Source of the DNA: Heterodontus francisci
Lineage: Eukaryota
NCBI RefSeq assembly: GCF_036365525.1
Contig: NC_090371.1
Location: 255,810,434-255,874,433, forward strand
Direction of reading: 5' to 3'
Length of the DNA stretch: 64,000 nucleotides
The translations under genes and the position numbers were made by a program. Positions 55,700 to 64,000 of the stretch are shown here, piece after piece. The notes below the pieces were generated by a model that made no database searches, had not been told where the DNA came from, and saw only the letters and a list, made by a program, of their open reading frames with translations. Position 1 is the stretch's first letter. Every line of letters begins with the position of its first letter.

Positions 55700-57500
55700 T
55701 AATTACCAAGACACTGCTGCTTGCAACCCTGGAGAAAATTGTAGGGGCATAAAAAATGTTTATTTAATTTACTTTGAACACTTCTGTCTATTAGTTATTA
55801 AAATATTGATGATGGGATAAAAGGCTGATTGACTGACAGTCAAGCATTGTCCAATCGAGTAATGAAGTGCCTTTTGGCTTTCCAATTGGCACAGAATGAC
55901 GGTGTGCAGCGAGGATGGATGTGCTGGGCAACTAATGATGGGAATGTGGGGGTGGGTTATACAATGAAACTTCCAGGAATACATTCAACCAGAGTCGCTG
56001 ACCCTAATTGCAGTACTTCATCCCCATTGGCTCTTCCACTATTCTGTACCTTCTCGTTATAGAGCCTCATCTAATCTGTGCATTGTCCATTATGTCCCAT
56101 GCCATAGTCCCCGACCTTCATCACATGCAAGCAAGTAATATTCTACTGAAACAAACCTCTTGCATGCTTCACATATCTGACTTCAAAATACTGCTGGTGT
56201 TCACCATTATGCATTGGGTGGCAGCATTGTTTTCCCACAGCACAATGTGACTGAAGGAAGGTTAATCTTCTGTTGGAAAAAGCTGCACACAGTAGGAGGG
56301 AGAAAAATCAAACTGGAGATGGCCCAACAACAATATGTGGTTTAACATAATTTGAAAAGCAAGCCATGGAGATTCCAGAGGATACTGTCTTTCAGCAGGT
56401 CAGGGACTGGGAAGCAGGAGGACATGTTCCTGTGTAGGCTCCATACAAAACAGACAGTATTTGTTCATGTTTTGAGCAGAGGCATTACTACACATGCTGA
56501 AAACCATTGGTGCTGCATAGCTGCTGCCTGCCCTGGACAATTGTGCATACAATCCAGCAGGGTTCTCTCTTCCATTACCTCTTTATTTATTTGCAATATG
56601 AAGAATCAGTAGTTCTCTCACTACATCTTATTCCCACAGGCACCAACTCAGAGACATCACCCAATGGATTCTAGACAGTCAGTTCCAGCACGAGCAGATG
56701 CAAGCGGTAGAGGAGGAACCAGAGGCTGCAGAACAAGGTTATTTTAGTCCACAGTTGGTGAGGCCGGGGATCACAGTCTCAATGGCTCAGCTTTTAAAGA
56801 ATGGATGCTTAACTGAGCATAAAAGATCGTTGGAGTCATTGGCCAAACTGCCTTCCAGCTTCTGATGCGTTGCAGTTAAAATGAAGGAGTCCAACTTCTG
56901 CATGTGTGCGGTGCTATTGGAAGGATTCCAAAGTATGCAGTGCATTTTGAAGCAAGAGATAGATCAAAAGACACCTGGAGTGCAGTTCCCTAATGTCACA
57001 GGCAATCATTCCAAATTTTGAATCTCTCGGAATGTTCGAACTGAAGCTATAAACCCTTGGGCAGAAACATGACCTCCTTCTTCAACAGGTTATGGATTCA
57101 GCATGGCAGAATAAAAGAAGCTATTGATGAGGGTCTTCAATGAAGCAGTGGCTGCAATAGGGTCTGTTCCCATACAAATGACAATGCACAGTGACTCAGA
57201 GGTTTCCAACAGGGCCTGGTTGGAACTGCAGAGGGATGAGATTTCTACCTATTATGTTGGAAACTTCACCACTGCAGTCCTGCCCCTACATCTAATGACT
57301 TCACCAGATCCAGTAAGCAGGCAGGACCAGGCTGAAAAAGCATCACTGATCAGTCACAACCTGAATTGCCCTGGCTGAATCTCCTCAATCCTAAGAGTTT
57401 CTTATGGAAATGCAGTTGCCAGTCTAAACTCCCTGTCATCCAAAATTTCTTTCTCCACCTACTGTAAATAAGTAAGGTCCAGCAAGATTCCAAAAACCAA
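55700..57500 (+). mobile_element. Possible Harbinger Myb/SANT-gene remnant (C-terminal part)
   Basis: Resembles the reverse complement of the other Harbinger remnants; no clear motif. Confidence 0.35.
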
Positions 57501-57789
57501 CAGTGGCAATGCTTTCCCAAGTGATTATTTGTATTTTTTCAGGTGCACGCCTCTGGCGACTGCAATAATCTCTTAGCAGCAGTTACACAAAAGGCCTTAC
57601 TACTTTTAAGAGCAAGATGCTGTAACTTTCTTAACAAGGCACTGCAGGAACACCACAGCCTGAAAGCCTCCACCCTTGCTTTAATGGCCAAACATTGCTG
57701 CTGATCTGTGACCAGTGGAGAATCAGGAAAGCTGATCACATGTGACCCCTATTACATTTTGTTTACATGGCTGTGATCATTTTAGGTAC

Positions 57790-59400
57790 AGCTAATCAGC
57801 CAATTCGATTCACTCCACGTGACATCAAGAAACGACTGAAGGCATTGGATACTGCAAAGGCTATGGGCCCTGACAATATTCTGGCAATAGTACTAAAGAC
57901 CTGTGCTCCAGAACTTGCTGCGCCCCTAGCCAAGCTATTCCAGTACAGCTACAACACTGGCATCTACCCAGAAATGTGGAAAATTGCCCAGGTATGTCCT
58001 GTACACAAAAAGCAGAACAAGTCCAACCTGGACAATTACCGCCCCATCTGTCTCCTCTCTATCATCAGTAAAGTGATAGAAGGTGTCGTCGACAGTGCTA
58101 TCAAGCATTTGCTTAGCAATAACCTTCTCACTGATGCTCAGTTTGGTTCTGCCAGGGCCATTCAGCTCCTGACCTCATTACAGCCTTGGTTCAAACATGG
58201 AAAAAGTGCTGAACTCAAGAGGTGAGGTGAGAGTGACTGCCCTTGACAGCAAGGTGGCATTTGACTGAGTATGGAATCAAGGAGCCCTAGCAAAACTGAA
58301 GTCAATGGGAATTGAGGGAAAACCCTCCGCTACCTGGAGTCATACCTAGTGCAAAGGAAGATGGTTGTGGTTGTTGGAGGTCAATCGTCTCAGCTCCATG
58401 ACATCACTGCAGGAGTTCCTCAGGGTAGTGTCCTAGGCCAAACCATCTTCAGCTGCTTCATCAATGACCTTCCTTGAATCATAAGGTCAGAAATGGGAAT
58501 GTTCGCTGATGATTGCACAATGTTCAGCACCATTCACGACTCCTCAAATACTGAAGCAGTCGGTGTCCAGATGCAGCAAGACCTGGACAATATCCAGGTC
58601 TGGGTTGATATGTGGCAAGTAACATTCGCGCCACACAAGTGCCAGGCGATGACCATCTCCAACAAGAGAGAATCTAACCATCTCCCCCTGACATTCAATG
58701 GTATTATGATCACTAAATCCCCCACTATCAACATCCTGGAGGTTACCATTAACCAGAAACTGAACTGGAGTTGCCATATAAATACCGTGGCTACAAGAGC
58801 AGGTCAGAGGCTAGGAATCCTGCAGCGAGTAACTTATCTCCTGACTCCCCAAAGCCTGTCCACCATTTACAAGGCACAAGTCAGGAGTGTGATGGAATAC
58901 TCTGCACTTTCCTGGATGGGTGCAGCTCCAACAACACTCAAGAAGCTCAACACCATCCAGAACAAAGCAGGCCACTTCATTGGCACTCCATCTACAAACA
59001 TTCACTCCCTCCACCACCGACGCACAGTGGCAGTAGTGTGTACCATCTACAAGATGCACTGCAGCAGCGCATCAAGACTCCTTCGACAGCACCTTCCAAA
59101 CCCGCGACCTCTACCACCTACAAGGACAAGGGCAACAAATGCATGGGAACACCACCACCTGCAAGTTCTCCTCCAAGCCACACAACATGCTGACTTGGAA
59201 CTATATCGCCGTTCCTTCACAGTCGCTGGGTCAAAATCCTGGAACTCCCTTCCTAACAGCACTGTGGGTGTACCTACCCCACATGGACTGCAGTGGTTCA
59301 AGAAGGCAGCTCACCACCACCTTCTCAAGGGCAATTAGGGATGGGCAATAAATGCTGGCCTAGCCAGCGACGCCCACATCCCATGAATTAATTTTTTTTT
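57790..59400 (+). mobile_element. CR1/L2-group LINE 3' half (distinct family)
   Basis: [36 protein letters not shown] and YKAQVRSVMEY. Confidence 0.9.
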
Positions 59401-60509
59401 AAATCCCAGGTGAAGTGGAGGTGAGTAGGATCATTGATCATAGCTGGGACAAGGCACTAGATGGTCCTTTTGAGTTGCACTTATCCTGTCTGCAAGTTGC
59501 TCTGCTACAGAAAGCACACTTCAAACAAGAGACTCATCAAAATTGTTCCAATAGGTCTTATACATATGAAATAAAACAAGACAGATCTCAAATTTGTCAA
59601 ATAGGGATGTTAAGTACAAAATAAGGATAAATCTGTGCAAGAAACCCGTTAGTCTATGGTTTTTGTACATTCTGTGAGTGTGTGCACTTTTGGAGCACTC
59701 CATTACAGAAAGGATAATGGAGCCACACAAAAGATGCATTATAGATTCTCTACAGGGATGAAAGGATATAGTTACAGTGAATAATTTGAAAAAAAAGTAC
59801 TTTTTCATTGAAGCAAAAAGGATTAATAAAAGTCTTCAAAATTATGAAAGAGTTTGAGAGGATAAATGGTGAAAGATTATTGTTGGTGAATCAGTAACAA
59901 GAGAGCATGAAAATAAGATTAGTTCTGGAAGCGAAATGTGGGTGGTTTTAGAGGGAACATCGTGTATTAGAATATAAAATACATTTTCACAAATGGTTTA
60001 GGAACATAGGAAAATTAGCAACAGAGTAGGCCATTCAGCCCCTGGGCCATTCAATTAAATTATGGCTGATTTGCACTGCAACTCCATTTTCCTATCTTTG
60101 CTCCATATCCCTTGACACCCTTACCTAACAGAATTCTATCTATCTCAAACTTGAAAGCTTGAGTTTGTGGAGCTGAGTCAATCATGACACTTAAGCGGTA
60201 ATAAAATAAACATCTGAAGAAATATATTGAAAGCTATGGGGAATGCAAAGGGAAATAGAATTACATTAGACAACTCCCACATAAAACTACCATTGGCATA
60301 AACACGATAGGCCAAAGGGCCTCGTCCTGTGCTGAGATTCCAATAATATGTTTTATTCCCCACCTCGTAGCTTAGACGCCCAGACTACCAGTATTCCATT
60401 GATAAGTATATTTCCTGTATCTACTACTAAAGAGGCTGAAAGATACCATATATTTCAAAAGGTATTGTAAACAAAAGATCTAGGAGAACACCATATTTAA
60501 AGCACCATA

Positions 60510-60705
60510 GACTTAGTAGTTGGCAGGAAAAAAGACACCCCAACAAACAAATTTCTCTGCAGCACCTGTGGAAGAGCCTGTCACTCCAGAATTGGCCTTT
60601 ATAGCCACTCCAGGCGCTGCTTCACAAACCACTGACCACCTCCAGCGCGTATCCATTGTCTCTCGAGATAAGGAGGCCCAAAAGAAGAAAGAAGAAAGAA
60701 ATAAT
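60510..60705 (+). mobile_element. RTE LINE 3' end fragment
   Basis: Resembles 33815-34016 (CCTGTGGAAGAG...GAATTGGCCTTTATAGCCACTCCAGG...AGGAGGCC); (GAA)n tail. Confidence 0.85.
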
Positions 60706-60781
60706 GTTAGGTGACCACAGCAGAAATTAATAATAAATTGCTAATTGATCCACTGAAGCTTTAACTCAGCCAAAGTGTAAC

Positions 60782-61668
60782 TGTCATGCTCGGCCCCCAT
60801 CTGTCAAGAATGAGGCGCATTAACTTTAGTCATGAACATTGATTTTAAACTGTTGCTGGAGTGAAGAAAGAACTTGTTAAACAGATCAGCCGTGGCTGGA
60901 AAAGACATCTGCATATTAACAGACGTTACTTGTGTAGACAAAGAACCATTCCCTGACACATTCAACCCACAATGGATGTTGATCACCAGAGATTGTGGGT
61001 AAGAGGAGCATTCCAGAGACTGCCAAGGTGATACAATCTAAGACATGGTCAGACCAGTTAGTCACATGACTAAGCTGCTTGGCAACCTGGATTTTTCTGA
61101 ATTGTACAAACAGTTTGAACTCAGAGAATGTCTGTTTAATCCTGGACTGAGAAGAACTCTCCTGTCTGCTCCCATCTCTTTCTCACAAGCCTCTGAATCC
61201 ACTGAAGAGACATGAACCCTAATAGAGAAATGTCTCCTACAGTGAACAAGGTTTAAGGAGAATACTGGGCCCCAATGAAATGTAAGATCTACCTACAATC
61301 AAGGACTCTACAATGAGCTTGAAGAACAATAACAAAAACTCTTCAGATATTGCCTCAAACTTTTCCACTTTATTTTTCTTTTGCTCTTTTCTGTCTCTAT
61401 TTGCGTATGCATGCTAGCGTGGGCGCGTCTTGTATCCTTACACGTCAACCGAATTAGTGTTTAAGTTTGATAAATTTCAATCTTTCTTCTTTAAACCTAA
61501 GAAACCTGTTTGTGCTGGTTTCTTTGTCTTATATTTGGAAAGCGGTGAACAAGGATTCACCAAGGGGCAGCTAAAAAAACAGTGTGTATAAAAATAAAAC
61601 CCTGCTATGGTAAGACCAGGTGAAGGCTGAGAGGGACCCCTAGACACCTTTCTCACCTAGCCATAACA
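60782..61668. mobile_element. Solo LTR with a 5-bp TSD
   Basis: TGTCATG...CATAACA termini flanked by GTAAC at 60777-60781 and 61669-61673. Confidence 0.85.
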
Positions 61669-64000
61669 GTAACAGTAATCTATTGCTATTGTGTTCTGTG
61701 ATATATTTTTTCTATTTGAATAGGGGAGTGCTCAAAATCCTGAAATCAATCTTGTTTGAAGAGACTATAAGAAATCAGAATTATTTGCATCTTTTATTAA
61801 TTGAAATTAACATATGAATGCCTAGGTGACAAAACAGAACACAGTGCATTGACGTCACCAAAGTAGCACAGACAAGTTCTTGGAATTTATTAGCAGCAAA
61901 AGCGAGGCTACATTTACTAGAGATTAATTTTTAGCATTAAATTTTTCCAACATTCTTTCCATGAAAATCAAAACATCATCATTACAGTAAGAATTCATCA
62001 GTTCGATGTAAAAATCTATTTAACTAAAGCATTAAATTGCAGATAAAATGTCAAGTGTCCATTCTGCTTTTTAATTATGAGGGGATAGATGCATTGTAAA
62101 TTAATGATTTTGTCAGCCTGTCTGATGATATGAAAAACCATTGATGCCCTTAAATTCAATACCCAGAAATCTTACCAGAATTTGATACTGATTCAATTTG
62201 ATATTGCACCAATTTGAATTATACAATTCTATCCCATAAATCAATTGAAAAATTGTACGTATTATCGATCTAATTGTAAAGGATTTTAGGTTTTGTAACC
62301 AATTTGGTGCAGTGAGTCACTGTTGTACTATTATTTTATAGTTTATAAATATAATGCCAGGTGTGAAACAGTGATTTAGAAGCAAGGGAATCCCTGGATT
62401 TTATAAGAAAACTGATAGCAGGGTTAGGAAAGGTTAGAGATAAAGTTAATACTGTAATCATTCAGAACAACCAATATTTTAGAGAACACCTGATCTTGAA
62501 GGCAATCATTTGCAGCATGTATGGAGGGCATGTGTTCAATCAAGTTCAAAAACAGATGCAGAAAACAATCTGTTCCCAAATTTTGTATTGGAAAAATAAA
62601 TGAAACTCTGGAGATCAGATGGGAATATGGAATGGTGCAAAGATATGAGTTAGTGTATTATGCCAGGAAGCCCTGCAAGCAAAGTGACATTATTTGGGCA
62701 CTGGTTCATATGATAGTGGCATTACCATCGCTATCTGTTGGTGAGAAACCAATGGAAGTGTTCAAAGTTGAATTGGAGGATAAAATATACAAGGAATCTG
62801 TGAACTATCCAAGGATACTAGTAAGGAGAAAGGAAGGGATCTGGAAAGCACCAGACATTTAATGTTGTTCCAGAGGTGGGGTGTGGTTGTGCAGACATGA
62901 TTTTCTACAACACACATTGCCAGCTGGTGGTGTCACCTGGGATGACGAATCCATTAATTGTACTATTAAAATCACTCAACAGAATTCAAAAAGGACCAAC
63001 ATTGTCTACTCGGAGGGAGTAGATTGTTTTATAACTAATGAAAAGTACTATGCACATATGGAACACTTCATTTCCAAGTAAGCAGATTCTTTTCGAGCCT
63101 TGAGGTGGGGAATGTAGACAGACGTGAGTCAGGTGGGGATTGCCCCTAATAATTCTAATGACTTTATTGAACATTTCTCAATATTAAAGGCACTTACACA
63201 TTAAAACTAAGAATCTGCAATATAAGCAGGTTCTAAGAGGTCATATTCAGGACAAGATTAGAACCTGTGAACAAATATTAATGGACTAATAACCTGCAAG
63301 GACAGACATGGTATATTCTAGGCACTGAGCCAGATGGTCAAGGATTGAACTGAATATAAAGACATCATTAAGACCATCAGAAAAGACAAGACAGGAAGGT
63401 ACAAACTGTGAGGAAAACAATGATAGTGTCGCAGAGACTCACTAAAGACGATTACATAATTTACAAGATGACTTAATGGGTTAAATGTCACATATTAATT
63501 AAATATAACTAGCACATTTTGACATGTTTCCAACACATTAGCAAGACTATAAAAGGTGCAACATACGAAAGCTCAGGGAAACTTTTAACCTTGGCCAGTG
63601 TAAGCTGATTAGAACTGCATGCTTACAGCTCTTCCTGATGAGTCCTCACATGAGTAATTGTCTGTAGCAGTAATCTCAGTGTCACTGTTTGTAGTGGGTT
63701 GTGTAATATGAACATAAAACATTAGACCGACATCTCATTGTTTCCAAGGTTTTAAGCTTGTTTTTAGGGATCAGGATATGGGTTTTCCTGTAAAAATGCA
63801 ATGTACATTTAGCCTATTAGGGGTCAGGTTGAGCAGAGGAGGAATGCTCCATTGTCTTGCCATGTAGGTAATGAAGATTGTGGTACAGAGGATATGACAA
63901 GAGGTGGCTGAGGCCAGCAACAGCAGCAGCACTGCACCAAGGGCATGGGTGAAAAGCTGAAAGGAGTTGAATTAAAAAAGCTATGTCATCAATTACCCTG

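Larger units (their letters stand above)
48400..63822 (+). pseudogene. Candidate degenerate multi-exon gene with repeated ZP-N-like modules; probably continues beyond the window
   Basis: AG-preceded unique segments at ~48400-48610, 54732-54876, 55112-55207, 57543-57785, 59410-59606, 60371-60461, 61724-61986, 62466-62820, 62874-63077 and 63749-63822, several with ZP-N-like Cys motifs; stops and frameshifts present. Confidence 0.4.

Noticed and set aside
21200-64000. IL15, the syntenic neighbour of ZNF330 in other vertebrates
   Set aside because: No exon with IL-15 motifs (LYT, CFLLEL, C..CEE) was recognised; the signal-peptide exon at 26642 does not match.

Overview
Vertebrate genomic DNA, most likely a cartilaginous fish (shark). 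This is inferred from an HE1-like V-SINE, a SacSINE1-like Deu-SINE and abundant CR1, RTE, Penelope and Harbinger repeats. The one clearly intact gene is ZNF330 (NOA36) on the + strand: nine GT-AG coding exons from 7142 to 20978 that splice in phase to 972 nt (323 aa plus stop). Its CpG/ETS promoter directly abuts a ~3.5 kb array of 61-63 bp tandem repeats. The rest is mostly decayed mobile DNA. It includes a Penelope element with an inverted duplication, hammerhead-like motifs in Penelope ends, a 5'-inverted RTE LINE in a four-level nest, two Gypsy fragments, solo LTRs and Harbinger remnants. Two things stand out. (1) A processed nucleolin retrocopy is joined in frame to a Gypsy gag-protease fragment. 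(2) A string of exon-like unique segments (26.6 kb and 48-64 kb) reads by eye as a degenerate secreted protein with repeated ZP-N-like modules. All family assignments come from recognising motifs by eye; no searches were run.
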